Source of the DNA: Candidatus Margulisiibacteriota bacterium
GTDB taxonomy: Bacteria; Margulisbacteria; WOR-1; JAKLHX01; JBAZKV01
NCBI GenBank assembly: GCA_041650635.1
Contig: JBAZKV010000002.1
Coordinates: forward strand, 47,844 to 111,843
Direction of reading: 5' to 3'
Length of the DNA: 64,000 nucleotides
How positions within the stretch are numbered: the first letter of the stretch is position 1; every line of letters begins with the position of its first letter. This document shows positions 10,266-20,614 of the stretch, in pieces. The notes beneath the pieces were generated by a model, which searched no databases, was not told the origin of the DNA, and saw nothing but the letters and a program-made list of their open reading frames with translations. A program made the position numbers and the translations under genes.

Positions 10266-11990
10266 ATGAAACTCTTGGCCCGCCTTCTTTCATATGTCCG
10301 GCCGTACACGGGACAGCTGTTCCTTGCCTTTATCTGCATGATCTTCTTTTCCCTTTGCAACATGGCCGTCATCCCCCTGGTAAGCCAGGTCTCCAAAGCG
10401 GTCTCCGACAGGAACTTCCCTTTTTTGAACTCTCTCATAGGCGCAGTGGTCCTTGTATTTTTTGTAAAGGGCATCTTCCAGTACGGGCAGGCGTATCTGT
10501 CCTCTTTTATCGGCCAGAGGGTGGTAACCGACCTGCGGGTCAAGATCTTTGGCCATCTGCAGGACCTGTCGCTGAGCTTTTACAGCAGGTGGAAGACCGG
10601 GGAGGTGATGTCCAGGGTGATAAACGACATCTCCATGATACAGAACGCCATCGTGGTCAGCGCCACCGAGATCCTGCCGCAGCTTTTGACGCTCGTCGGG
10701 GTCCTGAGCTATCTCTTTTATCTTAACTGGCAGCTTACTCTCATGGCCCTGCTGACCGTGCCGGTCTTTGTGCTTACCATCTCAAAGTTCGGTCAGCAGA
10801 TGAGGGAGATAGGACGCAACGCCCAGAAGAAGATAGCCGACATTTCTTCCATTCTGCAGGAGACCATCTCGGGAGCAAGGATCGTCAAATCGTTCACCAT
10901 GGAAAAGCACGAGGTAAGGCGCTTTGCCCGCGAGAGCGAACACAGCTTTGGCTGGTCCATGAAAGAGGCCCAGATAGACGCCACTCAAAAACCTCTTATC
11001 GCTTTTCTGCAGGTGCTTGCGGTTGTAGCGGTCATCTGGTACGGCTGTTTTCAGGTGGTGGCCGGAACAATGGCCTCTCAGGACCTGATAGCGTTTTTTG
11101 CCGGCGCCGTCCTTTTGATAGACCCCGTCATTGTCATCTCAAAGATCAATATCACCATGCAGAGAGCTCTGGCATCTGCCGAAAGAGTATTTGAACTCAT
11201 AGACATAGTGCCGGAAATAAAAGATGCCAAAAACGCAAAGGACATGGGCAGGATAACGGGAGATGTGGAGTTCAAGAATGTAAGTTTTTGCTATGATAAA
11301 GGGCCCGAAGTGCTCAAGAACATTGATCTGGGCGTCAAAGCGGGCTCCAGCCTTGCGATAGTGGGGCCTTCCGGTTCCGGTAAGACCAGTTTTGTCAACC
11401 TGGTGCTGAGATTCTATGATCCTTTATCTGGCACAGTGATGGTGGACGGGATCGATATAAAGACGGTCAAACTGGCCTCGCTTCGCGATCAGATGGCCGT
11501 GGTCCCTCAGGAAACGCTTCTTTTTACAGCAACGATAAAGGAGAACATAATTTACGGGACGCCCGGCGCAAAGCTTGAAGCTGTGATCAGCGCGGCAAAG
11601 GCGGCCAATGCCCATGATTTTATTATGGCGCTCAAGGACGGCTATGATTCTCATGTGGGGGAAAGAGGCATGGCCCTTTCGGGAGGGCAAAGGCAGAGGA
11701 TAGCGATCGCCAGAGCCATACTGCGCGACCCAAGGATCCTTATACTTGACGAAGCGACTTCCTCCCTGGACACGGAATCCGAGCGCCTTATTCAGGACGC
11801 GATGTCCCGCCTTATGAAAGGCAGGACGACTTTCATCATAGCGCACAGGCTATCGACCATACAGAACGCGGACAGGATCATCGTGCTCAAAGAAGGTTCC
11901 GTTATCGAGGACGGCACACACGAAAGCCTGATGGCAGGCGGCGGCTTCTATAAGAACCTCTACGAGTTGCAGTTCAGCAGTCAACAATGA
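10266..11990 (+). CDS. msbA: MsbA-like ABC exporter (permease plus ATPase)
   Basis: TM domain, GPSGSGKT, LSGGQRQR, ILDEATSSLD; LPS gene context. Confidence 0.8.
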   Translation: MKLLARLLSYVRPYTGQLFLAFICMIFFSLCNMAVIPLVSQVSKAVSDRNFPFLNSLIGAVVLVFFVKGIFQYGQAYLSSFIGQRVVTDLRVKIFGHLQDLSLSFYSRWKTGEVMSRVINDISMIQNAIVVSATEILPQLLTLVGVLSYLFYLNWQLTLMALLTVPVFVLTISKFGQQMREIGRNAQKKIADISSILQETISGARIVKSFTMEKHEVRRFARESEHSFGWSMKEAQIDATQKPLIAFLQVLAVVAVIWYGCFQVVAGTMASQDLIAFFAGAVLLIDPVIVISKINITMQRALASAERVFELIDIVPEIKDAKNAKDMGRITGDVEFKNVSFCYDKGPEVLKNIDLGVKAGSSLAIVGPSGSGKTSFVNLVLRFYDPLSGTVMVDGIDIKTVKLASLRDQMAVVPQETLLFTATIKENIIYGTPGAKLEAVISAAKAANAHDFIMALKDGYDSHVGERGMALSGGQRQRIAIARAILRDPRILILDEATSSLDTESERLIQDAMSRLMKGRTTFIIAHRLSTIQNADRIIVLKEGSVIEDGTHESLMAGGGFYKNLYELQFSSQQ

Positions 11991-13126
11991 AAATACTATT
12001 TCTTTCCAACGGGCACGGCGAGGACCTTATAGCCGCAAGGCTGATAAAGGAAATGCCGCAGCAAGAGATCGCGGCGCTGCCTATAGTGGGCGCGGGGCTT
12101 CCCTACGAAGAACTGGGGATCCGCATACTTGGCCCAAGAAAATCCCTGCCAAGCGGAGGTTTTATTTACCAGAGTTTTTCAAATATGATCAGGGATATAG
12201 CTTCAGGACTTGGCAAGAACACTCTGGACCAGATACGCGTCCTTAGGCAGCAGAAGGCGGAATTTGACCTTGCGGTCTGCGTTGGGGATATCGTTCCCGT
12301 CATCGGAGCGCTGTTTTCCGGTCTTTCCTTTACGTTCATGGGCAGCGCCAAATCCGATCATTATGATTACAGCTATACTCCCTGGGAAAAATTCATTCTA
12401 AAGAGATACTGTCTTATGAGCTACCTTAGAGACCAGAAAACTGCTGATAATTTTGCAAAAGCAGGCATAAGGTCCGCTTATCTTGGAAATCCCATGATGG
12501 ATTGCTTCGAAGTGACAGGTGAGGATTTTGGCCTGGACAAAGAAACCCGCATTGTGGGAATACTGCCGGGCAGCAGACAGGACGCTAAATTGAACCTCGA
12601 AGACATACTGGCCGCGGCAAAAGAATTGGACAAGCTCGCAGAACGACAAAACATCAAGATCGCATATTTAGTATCAGTTGCCCCAACCCTTGACATGACC
12701 GAGCTAAAGACGGCCCTGAGCAGACTTGTCCCAAGCGCAGTCGAGGGAGTTGAAGGACCGGGACTTAAACTGATCTGTACACCAAAATTCGGCGATATTC
12801 TTAACCGCTCGGACATAATAATAGGCCTTGCCGGCACCGCCAGCGAACAGGCGGCCGGAATGGGAAAGCCTATTGTGGCTTTTGCCGGAAGAGGCGTTCA
12901 ATACACGGCTTCCTTTGCCAAAAGGCAGACCCAGCTGCTGGGAGAAGCCCTGTCGGTAGTAAAAAGGGACCCTTCTGCGGTAGCCGGCGAGGTATTGTCC
13001 ATACTGACCGACACAAAGCGTCATCAAAGAATGTCTGAGGTTGGAAGGTCAAGGGTCAGCGGAAGAGGCTCCAGCAAAAGAATTGCCGAAAGCATACTAT
13101 CTCTTGCCGGGGCCCGTCCCAAATGA
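11987..13126 (+). CDS. Lipid-A-disaccharide synthase-related protein (TIGR03492-like)
   Basis: LSNGHGED, LPSGGF, AKSD, GNPMMD, LPGSR, AGTASEQAAGMGKP, QYT. Confidence 0.85.
   Translation: MKILFLSNGHGEDLIAARLIKEMPQQEIAALPIVGAGLPYEELGIRILGPRKSLPSGGFIYQSFSNMIRDIASGLGKNTLDQIRVLRQQKAEFDLAVCVGDIVPVIGALFSGLSFTFMGSAKSDHYDYSYTPWEKFILKRYCLMSYLRDQKTADNFAKAGIRSAYLGNPMMDCFEVTGEDFGLDKETRIVGILPGSRQDAKLNLEDILAAAKELDKLAERQNIKIAYLVSVAPTLDMTELKTALSRLVPSAVEGVEGPGLKLICTPKFGDILNRSDIIIGLAGTASEQAAGMGKPIVAFAGRGVQYTASFAKRQTQLLGEALSVVKRDPSAVAGEVLSILTDTKRHQRMSEVGRSRVSGRGSSKRIAESILSLAGARPK
12714..12757 (+). repeat. Family-1 hairpin repeat, in frame within a CDS
   Basis: ccctgagc agacttgtcccaagcgcagtcgaggg agttgaaggac, encoding LSRLVPSAVEGVEG. 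Confidence 0.7.
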
Positions 13127-14220
13127 GGCTGGCATATGACCTTCTGGACCCGTTGGAATATAGCGGATCGGCTCTGATCCTTGCTCTGACAGGCTGCTAT
13201 CCAAAAGTTCATCAGTCAGTGTTCGTTCAGGGAAGGAAGAACAGAAAAAAGATAGAGACCCTTCCGGGCGCCTTATTTGAACCGGACAGAGAGGCAAAAA
13301 GCGATTTCCCCTGGCTGAGAAAAGAGGCCGGACTTGCCTTCAAACTGGCGGAAGAACGGACAGACATACTGCTCTGTCCCGGGCCCCGTCTTACCTTGAG
13401 ACAACCGTGCAAGACCGCGGTCCTTATACCTGACCTCGACCACATGATCTTTCCGGAGCACGGAATAAGAGGCTTAGAGAACCGCATCAGATGGTCCATC
13501 CAGAAGACCGCCGTAAAAAAATCCAACCGGATCCTCACCTATTCTTCTTTTTGCGCTAACCACATCTCAAGGCTCCTTGGAGTTGCTCCCTCAAGGATAG
13601 CCAAGATACCTGCCGCTGCGGACGGCAAAATGGCCCCTGTTTATGACAGGGACCTGATCGAAAGAACAAAAAAAGAGAACGGGATCAGCGGAGCGTACCT
13701 TATCTTTGCGGGCGGGTCGTCAAAAAAGAAGAATTTGAACGACCTGGCAGAAATACTGAAGCTTTTTCCCGATCTGCCTCGTCTGGTCGTTTCGGCAGAA
13801 GTGGACGAAGAACTAAAACGCCTGCTTGCCGGCGCCAGGCTTATCTTTACCGGCTTTAAGAACAGGACAGAGTTGGCCGCCCTGTATTCAGGCGCGATCG
13901 CCTATGTGACGGCTTCCAGTTATGAAGGCTTTCCCTGGGGGGCTTTTGAAGCAATGTGCTGCGGAACTCCTTCGGTCGCGTATGACAATTCCTCTTTCGG
14001 GGAAATACTGGGAGGCTCCTGCCTTCTGGCCGAGAATTCATCAAAGTCCTCGCTGGCAGCGGCAATAAAAAAGATCTGCAGGGACGGGCAACTAAGGCTA
14101 AAACTGCAGGCGCTTTCGCTGGAAAGGGCCAGGGCTTTTTCGCCCGAACAAGCCGCCAAAGAGGCGATGGAGGTGTTTTCTTCCATCCATAAGGAAAGTT
14201 ATTTTCCGGATGAAAAATAA
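13123..14220 (+). CDS. Glycosyltransferase family 4
   Basis: KKN motif and YEGFPWGAFEAMCCGTP. Confidence 0.88.
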   Translation: MRLAYDLLDPLEYSGSALILALTGCYPKVHQSVFVQGRKNRKKIETLPGALFEPDREAKSDFPWLRKEAGLAFKLAEERTDILLCPGPRLTLRQPCKTAVLIPDLDHMIFPEHGIRGLENRIRWSIQKTAVKKSNRILTYSSFCANHISRLLGVAPSRIAKIPAAADGKMAPVYDRDLIERTKKENGISGAYLIFAGGSSKKKNLNDLAEILKLFPDLPRLVVSAEVDEELKRLLAGARLIFTGFKNRTELAALYSGAIAYVTASSYEGFPWGAFEAMCCGTPSVAYDNSSFGEILGGSCLLAENSSKSSLAAAIKKICRDGQLRLKLQALSLERARAFSPEQAAKEAMEVFSSIHKESYFPDEK

Positions 14221-15301
14221 GACGAACATAAAAGCTCTGATAGAAGGGTCTTCTCTGCTGGAAAAAAGCTCTGAAGCCGGGCAGTATACTAAAAATCTGA
14301 TCGAGGGTCTGGGCTTTCTTGAAAAAAAAGATCTTTTCTATGTCCGCTATCCGCTATCCTGCCTCTTCAGGAAAAGCCTGCTCAAGCTGAAACAGCATAA
14401 CATTAAGCCCAAAAGAACATTTTTGCCGGGGGGCCTTGATCTCTATCACGACGCCTCGATGTCCTTTGCCATGAACAGCACTAAACCAATAAAGCGCATC
14501 TCCACCCTGAGAGGCTTGACGGTTCTATCCTCGGAAGGCCTGACAGATGAACATTTAAGAAGCATAAAGCGCGCACATCTAATGGCGTTGCTCCCACTTC
14601 AAGACGCTGTAATAGTAAGTTCAGAAAGAGACAGGCAGATCCTCCAGCAGGAATTCAACGAGCCCCATTCAAAGATAAGGCTGATCGAACAGGGGATCGA
14701 GCCTTATTTTGCTCCGGCTAATTCCTACGAGATCTCGCTCATCAAGGCCAGGTATTCTATCGCCGGAAGATACATCCTGTTTTGCGGCGACCTTGACGAA
14801 AAGAACAACATAAAGAGGCTGCTGGAAGCCTACAGCGCTCTAAAATATGAGTCCCCTCCCCTGCTGGTCCTTGCGGGAGAGACGGGCTATCTTATGGAAA
14901 GCCTTTCACGGTCGCTATCATTGCTGGGGATCGAAAGAACGGTAAAACAGCTTAAACAGGTCAAAAGAAAAGAACTGCCGGCGCTGCTTTCCGGAGCCGA
15001 CTTTCTTGTCTGCCCGGCCGTTGATGCCGGTTTTGCCCTGCCTGTGCTGGAGGCCCTTTCCTGCGGCTGCCCGGTCGTTGCATCACGGGACACTGCCGCA
15101 GAAGAAACGGCGCTGGACTGCTGTGTGTCTGTGCCGGCAAACGACCCTGAAAAGCTTGCAGATGCCATCCGGGCCCTTATGTCGGATGAAAAATTGAGGA
15201 CCTCTCTTTCCCAAAAAGGGCTTTTGCGCGCAAAAGAGTTCTCTGTCACAAAAATGGCGTCAAAAACCTTACAATTGTACAGGGAGGTCTTAGAAAGGTG
15301 A
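14210..15301 (+). CDS. Glycosyltransferase family 4
   Basis: GFALPVLEALSCGCPVV. Confidence 0.85.
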   Translation: MKNKTNIKALIEGSSLLEKSSEAGQYTKNLIEGLGFLEKKDLFYVRYPLSCLFRKSLLKLKQHNIKPKRTFLPGGLDLYHDASMSFAMNSTKPIKRISTLRGLTVLSSEGLTDEHLRSIKRAHLMALLPLQDAVIVSSERDRQILQQEFNEPHSKIRLIEQGIEPYFAPANSYEISLIKARYSIAGRYILFCGDLDEKNNIKRLLEAYSALKYESPPLLVLAGETGYLMESLSRSLSLLGIERTVKQLKQVKRKELPALLSGADFLVCPAVDAGFALPVLEALSCGCPVVASRDTAAEETALDCCVSVPANDPEKLADAIRALMSDEKLRTSLSQKGLLRAKEFSVTKMASKTLQLYREVLER

Positions 15302-16485
15302 AACTGCTGATACTTGCCAGGATGACATCGGCTTTTTCCGGCAACACCGTTAATGTAAAACCAATAGGCGGCAGCGAATCCGCCCTTTTTTATCTCTGCA
15401 GGGAACTGGCGGCGCTTGGGCACGAAATAGAGATCTTTAACAACTGCGGCAAAGAAGCAGGCATTTACGAAGGGGTAAGATACGAACAGTTCACCACGCT
15501 TGCGGACCTTGTTAGACGCTCAAAAGAGAAGGAATACGATATCTTCATTTCCTTCCGCGATCTTCCGGCCTTCCTTTTCCCTATAAAAGCAAAAAAGAGG
15601 ATCTGGTGGGGACATGATGATTTTTCCAATGTCTGGAATTACAGCGACCTTCGCGCTCCTTTGGGAAAAGCCTTCCTTAAGTTGGCCGGTTTTTTGACGG
15701 ACCGCTTCTGCGACAGGCTGTTCGTTGTAAGCAAGTGGCTGGAACAGCTCTGCACGGACCTTCTGGGACTTGACGACAGCAAGATCTATGTCACAAAGAA
15801 CGGGGTATATTTGCCATACTTTAACAACCCCGAACCTGAAGGTTCGGCTCCAATTATTCCCGGAGCCGACTCTTTAGAGTCGGGACGGGATCCAAACCGT
15901 TTAGTCTACACCTCCGTCCCCGCAAGGGGGCTCGATATCCTTCTTGACATTTTTCCGAGGATAAGGAAAAGCGTTCCCGAAGCCACCCTGCATGTCTACT
16001 GCGGCTGGGACCTTGGAATGCTAAAAGAAGAGGATAAGAAACTGGCTCAGACACTGTATGACAGGACAAACCAGCCGGGAGTCGTTAGGGAAGGAACAAA
16101 GAAGCACTCGGACCTTGCAAAGGACCTGCTCAAGTCATCATTGATGTTATACCCCAGCCATCCCGTACCCCGAGCGGGTTTCTTTGCGGAAACTTCATGC
16201 ATTGCCGCGCTTGAGGCACAAGCCGCGCTCTGCCCGGTGATCGCTTCAAAAAGAGGCGCGCTTGCCGAAAGCATTGTTGATAAGAGGACCGGCCTTCTTA
16301 TCGAGGGCGATCCTTACAGTGCGGCTTTCAAAGACAGGTTCGTCGCCGAGACGGTTGAATTGCTCAAGGACCCCGAAAGACTATCCGGAATGAGGGTATC
16401 AGCAAAAGAGTATATCCGCGACAATTATTCCTGGGAGCTTATTGCAAAAGAATGGACACTGGAGTTTGAAAGGATGCTTAAGTGA
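15298..16485 (+). CDS. Glycosyltransferase family 4
   Basis: GGSE, YTSVPARGL, ETSCIAALEAQA. Confidence 0.88.
   Translation: MKLLILARMTSAFSGNTVNVKPIGGSESALFYLCRELAALGHEIEIFNNCGKEAGIYEGVRYEQFTTLADLVRRSKEKEYDIFISFRDLPAFLFPIKAKKRIWWGHDDFSNVWNYSDLRAPLGKAFLKLAGFLTDRFCDRLFVVSKWLEQLCTDLLGLDDSKIYVTKNGVYLPYFNNPEPEGSAPIIPGADSLESGRDPNRLVYTSVPARGLDILLDIFPRIRKSVPEATLHVYCGWDLGMLKEEDKKLAQTLYDRTNQPGVVREGTKKHSDLAKDLLKSSLMLYPSHPVPRAGFFAETSCIAALEAQAALCPVIASKRGALAESIVDKRTGLLIEGDPYSAAFKDRFVAETVELLKDPERLSGMRVSAKEYIRDNYSWELIAKEWTLEFERMLK
15828..15885. repeat. Family-2 triple-hairpin repeat, in frame within a CDS
   Basis: ccccgaacctgaaggttcggctcc...ggagccgactctttagagtcggga; similar to the intergenic copy at 45336-45424. 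Confidence 0.75.
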
Positions 16486-17396
16486 AAAAAAAGCTGTTCG
16501 CCACCGGCATGGGGGGATGCGTGGGGCACTACCTTTTTGACGAATTTGCCAAAAGGGGCGACCTTGACCTGACTTTTCTGCTGCGAAGCCCTCAAAAGGT
16601 CAAATACAGCCTCAACGGCATAGATGTGATACAAGACGACCTTAAGAACATAGAAAAATACGCTTCCAAACTAAAAGAAGCCGACCTTGTCGTTCACCTT
16701 CTTGCCGACTGGGGCACAGAGCTGGGCAATTACGATCAGACAAAAGCGCTTTTAGGATATCTTGATCCCTCAAAGGTTAAAAAGATAATATATTTTTCGA
16801 CAGCCAGCATCCTGGGCCGGGACAACAGGCCGGACAAGGAGGCTCTTTTATGCGGCACGCCATACATAAGAGGCAAGTATAAGATGCACGAAGAGCTTAG
16901 TTGTTCTCCGCTCAGAGAAAAGATCATCACTCTATATCCTACCTGGGTGCTCGGAGGGGACCATTTACACCCCTATTCACACGCTTATCTTGCTCTTAGG
17001 AACTCCATGACTTGGCTAAAACTGCTGTCCTTTTTTGACCTTGACCTTAGGTTCCACTTTATCCACGCAAAAGATATAGCCGGGGTAACACAACATCTTC
17101 TGTTCAACGAGACCGGAGAAAATGAGTTCGTCCTGGGAACAAAAGAAATCACCGTCGGAAAGCTTTTGGAAGGCTTTGCCGCCGCCTCAGGGTTCAGGCC
17201 TCCGTTTCGGATAAAGCTGGGATCAGGAATTGCAAAAGTACTAGACGCTGTCTTTGGCGGCAGGCTTGCCCCCTGGGACAGGCACTGCTTAAAGACCTAT
17301 CATCAGAATTACCGGACAGTGGAGCCCTCATCCTTTGGCCTTGAGACCTCATTCCCGTCCATAGAGAGCATAGTTAAAGACCTGCTGAAAAGTTAG
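16482..17396 (+). CDS. NAD-dependent epimerase/dehydratase
   Basis: TGMGGCVG Rossmann motif, YFSTASIL, YxxxK, FHFIHAKDIA. Confidence 0.85.
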   Translation: MKKKLFATGMGGCVGHYLFDEFAKRGDLDLTFLLRSPQKVKYSLNGIDVIQDDLKNIEKYASKLKEADLVVHLLADWGTELGNYDQTKALLGYLDPSKVKKIIYFSTASILGRDNRPDKEALLCGTPYIRGKYKMHEELSCSPLREKIITLYPTWVLGGDHLHPYSHAYLALRNSMTWLKLLSFFDLDLRFHFIHAKDIAGVTQHLLFNETGENEFVLGTKEITVGKLLEGFAAASGFRPPFRIKLGSGIAKVLDAVFGGRLAPWDRHCLKTYHQNYRTVEPSSFGLETSFPSIESIVKDLLKS

Positions 17397-17408
17397 TGCT
17401 GCCGCCGA

Positions 17409-18044
17409 TCAGATCTTCTTTATCTCAAAATTCCTGCTGTCGGGGTTGTTGAGCCAGGAGGAGATAGTGTGCCCGTTCTTATCTTTTTCCGTTACAAGAG
17501 CAGTTCTTGCCGCGGTATCAAAGACCTCTTTAAGGGCGGGATCGCACAAAGACCAGTCAATGTCCGGGGCAAACGGCGAGATCCCCGCTTCACAGCCCGG
17601 GCTCCAGGTCCCGGAACATTGATATTCTATCTGAGAGTCTTCGGGAAATACATTCCCGTGGGCAAACCCTACAGGGACCCAGATCCATTCTGCGCAGGGA
17701 TCCTCCGGTTGAGAAGGTATGTCATAGGCTATTATCTTGCCGAAAGTCTTTGACGCCTTCCTGATGTCCAAAACCAGATCTATCATCCTGCCCCTTACGG
17801 TGCGCACCAGTTTTCCCATGTACGGATTCCACTGGAAGTGGAGCCCTCTTATAGTGTTCTTGCGGGAAAAGCTCTCATTGGCCTGCAAAAACTGCACATC
17901 CTTAAAAAAGCTCAGTTTTGGATCGTTCTTAATATCATTTGCATTAAAGATCTCGGCAAAATAACCGCGGTGATCTGTAAAACGCGCGAATTTGATCACC
18001 TTTACATCTTCTATTGCCAGGCTTTTGACTTCAAGTATCTTCAT
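17409..18044 (-). CDS. rmlC: dTDP-4-dehydrorhamnose 3,5-epimerase family
   Basis: DHRGYF, RGLHFQ, GKLVR, WVPVGFAHG. Confidence 0.88.
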   Translation of the reverse strand: MKILEVKSLAIEDVKVIKFARFTDHRGYFAEIFNANDIKNDPKLSFFKDVQFLQANESFSRKNTIRGLHFQWNPYMGKLVRTVRGRMIDLVLDIRKASKTFGKIIAYDIPSQPEDPCAEWIWVPVGFAHGNVFPEDSQIEYQCSGTWSPGCEAGISPFAPDIDWSLCDPALKEVFDTAARTALVTEKDKNGHTISSWLNNPDSRNFEIKKI

Positions 18045-18099
18045 AATGACCCTGTTTTAGGGCTCCGTGCTATAATTATACCATTACTGGATCTTCCAA

Positions 18100-19080
18100 A
18101 TGACAGATATCAGCGTTGTAATACCCACATTTAACAGAAAAGACATCCTTAAGAGAACTCTGGAGGCTTTGCTGGACCAGACATATCCAAAAGACAAATA
18201 CGAGATCATAGTAGTGGATGACGGGTCCAGTGAAGATATAAAGAGGATGGTAGAGGATCTGCGCGCTGGCAGGGGTAAGGACCGGTTTGAAACCGGTCCC
18301 AACATCACCTATCTCCGCCAAGCAAGCGATAAAAAAGGCCCTGCCGCCGCCAATAACCTGGGGATCAACAAGGCATCTGGAAAATATATCCTATTGCTCA
18401 ATAATGATGTGATCGCGGACCGCCGTTTGATAGAGGAACATATGATGTCGCATGTAAGGGCGGAAAATCATTCGCCCCAACAAGGCCTCATCGTCCAGGG
18501 CCGCGTTATCAACACCTCCAGCCTTGAAGACCTAAAACAGGAACACAAGGGCTATTCCGGAGGCTACAGCAATATCTCTTTCGGGTATTTTACCACCTGG
18601 AACCTATCCGTAAAAAAGGATATTCTCATAAAAGCCGGATTGTTTGACGAAGACTTCAGGCATCTCTGCTGGGAGGATGTGGAGTTCGGCTTTAGGCTGC
18701 GAAAGATGAAAGTTAAACAGGTCAACAACAAAAACGCCTTTGGATATCACTTTAAGCACGAGTTCTTTGTCAGGGACATTGGAAAGGTAAAAGAAAAATC
18801 GCTCAACATGGGCGGCAACGCTATGATCTATTACAGAAAGCACCCCTGTCTTGAGGTAAAGATCTCAACGGAGTCCTTCTGGCTCCCTATGGCCATTCAC
18901 GGGATTCTCTCCTTTTTTGTCAGAGCGGCAGGCAGCAAAAGGCTTTACGGTCTAATGAAGGGACTGGAGGATAATAAGAACTACAGGCTGCTTGCTTTTG
19001 TTGTGGGTTTGTCCGGCAAATACTGGTACTGGAGCGGAGTAAAAAAGGCGCTTGCTTTAAAAAGAACCCCTGAAGCATGA
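18100..19080 (+). CDS. Glycosyltransferase family 2
   Basis: SVVIPTFNR, VVDDGS, FDEDF, WEDVEFG. Confidence 0.9.
   Translation: MTDISVVIPTFNRKDILKRTLEALLDQTYPKDKYEIIVVDDGSSEDIKRMVEDLRAGRGKDRFETGPNITYLRQASDKKGPAAANNLGINKASGKYILLLNNDVIADRRLIEEHMMSHVRAENHSPQQGLIVQGRVINTSSLEDLKQEHKGYSGGYSNISFGYFTTWNLSVKKDILIKAGLFDEDFRHLCWEDVEFGFRLRKMKVKQVNNKNAFGYHFKHEFFVRDIGKVKEKSLNMGGNAMIYYRKHPCLEVKISTESFWLPMAIHGILSFFVRAAGSKRLYGLMKGLEDNKNYRLLAFVVGLSGKYWYWSGVKKALALKRTPEA
18275..18303 (+). repeat. GTAG-type REP-like palindrome, in frame
   Basis: gtaa ggaccggttt g aaaccggtcc caac. Confidence 0.7.
18454..18481 (+). repeat. GTAG-type REP-like palindrome, in frame
   Basis: gtaa gggcggaa aatca ttcgccc caac. Confidence 0.65.
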
Positions 19081-19973
19081 AATTATCTATCTGCATAGTA
19101 AGCTGGAATGTTGCCGAATTGCTCGAAAAATGCCTTGTATCCATAAAAAAACATCCTCCTAAATGCGCTTTTGAGATCATTGTAGTGGACAACGCCTCTA
19201 AAGATATGTCACCCGATGTCGTCGGCCTGTTCCCTGAGGCAAAACTGATACAAAACACAAAGAACCTCGGGTTTTCTGCAGCCAACAATCAGGCAATAAA
19301 AGAAAGCTGCGGAGAATATGTTCTTTTTCTTAATCCGGACACAGAGGCAGCACCCGGAGCGCTGGACGAACTGGTCTCGTTCCTGGACGGCCAAAGCAAA
19401 GCTGCGGCCGTAGCCCCAAAGCTCCTTAACCCGGACAAAAGCCTGCAGCGGTCCTGCATGGGGTTCCCCACCCTGGGGGCTATGGCAATGAGACAGCTGT
19501 TCATCGAACAGCTCTGGAGAGGCAACCCTTACACAAAAAAATATCTGATGACAGACCTGGATTATGACAGGTCCTCGGAAGTGGACCAGCCCATGGGCGC
19601 CTGTCTTATGGTCAGAAAGAATGTCCTTGAGCAGGTAGGCACCTTTGACGAGCGCAGCTTCATGTTCTTTGACGAAGTCGATCTCTGTTACAGGATAAAA
19701 AAGGCGGGACTAAAAATATTCTTTACCCCGGAGGCGCAGGTGATCCACCACGGGGGAAGCTCAATAAAAAAATGGGGGGTCCTTAACCTTGGCAGGCACT
19801 GGAGCCGCAGCAGGAACCTCTATTTTAAAAAACATCACGGCACGGCGGCCCTGGCAGCGCTTTACTTTTTTGATCTTTTAAGAGCGCTCATTTTTTTGAC
19901 CGTCGGCGCGGCAATAATTACTGCAGCAAAGACCGCTATCGATATCCACTGGGAAGCGGTAAGACCAAGATAA
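19077..19973 (+). CDS. Glycosyltransferase family 2 (WbbL-like rhamnosyltransferase)
   Basis: IVSWN, VVDNAS, NLGFSAANNQ, LNPDT, GACLMV, FDEVDLC. Confidence 0.88.
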   Translation: MKLSICIVSWNVAELLEKCLVSIKKHPPKCAFEIIVVDNASKDMSPDVVGLFPEAKLIQNTKNLGFSAANNQAIKESCGEYVLFLNPDTEAAPGALDELVSFLDGQSKAAAVAPKLLNPDKSLQRSCMGFPTLGAMAMRQLFIEQLWRGNPYTKKYLMTDLDYDRSSEVDQPMGACLMVRKNVLEQVGTFDERSFMFFDEVDLCYRIKKAGLKIFFTPEAQVIHHGGSSIKKWGVLNLGRHWSRSRNLYFKKHHGTAALAALYFFDLLRALIFLTVGAAIITAAKTAIDIHWEAVRPR

Positions 19974-20614
19974 TGGTTTGAATAATCCCTGACAAATTCA
20001 TTAAGGAAACGATAAACACAATAAAGTCCGGCTCCCCATATCAGTACCTGCCCATCGTATTTTTTTCTGTCATATATTGATATCAGGACAAGGAACAGCA
20101 CAAGACCGGCTAAAGAGGAATACAACTGAGTGGGATGGACAAAGAGCTCCTCACCCGGAAAGCGCACAGCCCAAGGAAGGCTGCATTCAACCCCCGAACA
20201 ACAGCCCCTCAAAAAGCACCCTATCCTGCCTATGGAATATCCTATGGCGGCCGATAACGAAGCTATGTCAAGACACTTAAGCGCGGAAAGCCGGTGCTTG
20301 TTCGCAGAATAAAAAAGCGCTGCTGCGGCAAAGATCAGACCGCCGTAAAACACCATTCCTCCTTCCCAGAAGGCCAGGACCCTCAGAGGGGCGCTCGTAA
20401 ACTCATCCGGAAATCCGATCACATAAAAAAGCCTTGCTCCGATAATGCTTGCCAGCATCACTTGAACACAGATGTCCAGAACGGTATCAACTGATATGCC
20501 TTCTTTTTTGGCGCGCTGCAAGGCTACAAGGATCCCCGCGGCAAATGCAATAGCCACCATAAAACCCCAGGAATACACCATAACCGGGCCAACAGCAAAA
20601 AGAACCGGATGCAT
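19862..20614 (-). CDS. lgt: Prolipoprotein diacylglyceryl transferase
   Basis: MHPVLF, GARLFYV, GGMVFYGG, GRIGCF, HPTQLY, YRFLNEFVR. Confidence 0.93.
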   Translation of the reverse strand: MHPVLFAVGPVMVYSWGFMVAIAFAAGILVALQRAKKEGISVDTVLDICVQVMLASIIGARLFYVIGFPDEFTSAPLRVLAFWEGGMVFYGGLIFAAAALFYSANKHRLSALKCLDIASLSAAIGYSIGRIGCFLRGCCSGVECSLPWAVRFPGEELFVHPTQLYSSLAGLVLFLVLISIYDRKKYDGQVLIWGAGLYCVYRFLNEFVRDYSNHYLGLTASQWISIAVFAAVIIAAPTVKKMSALKRSKK

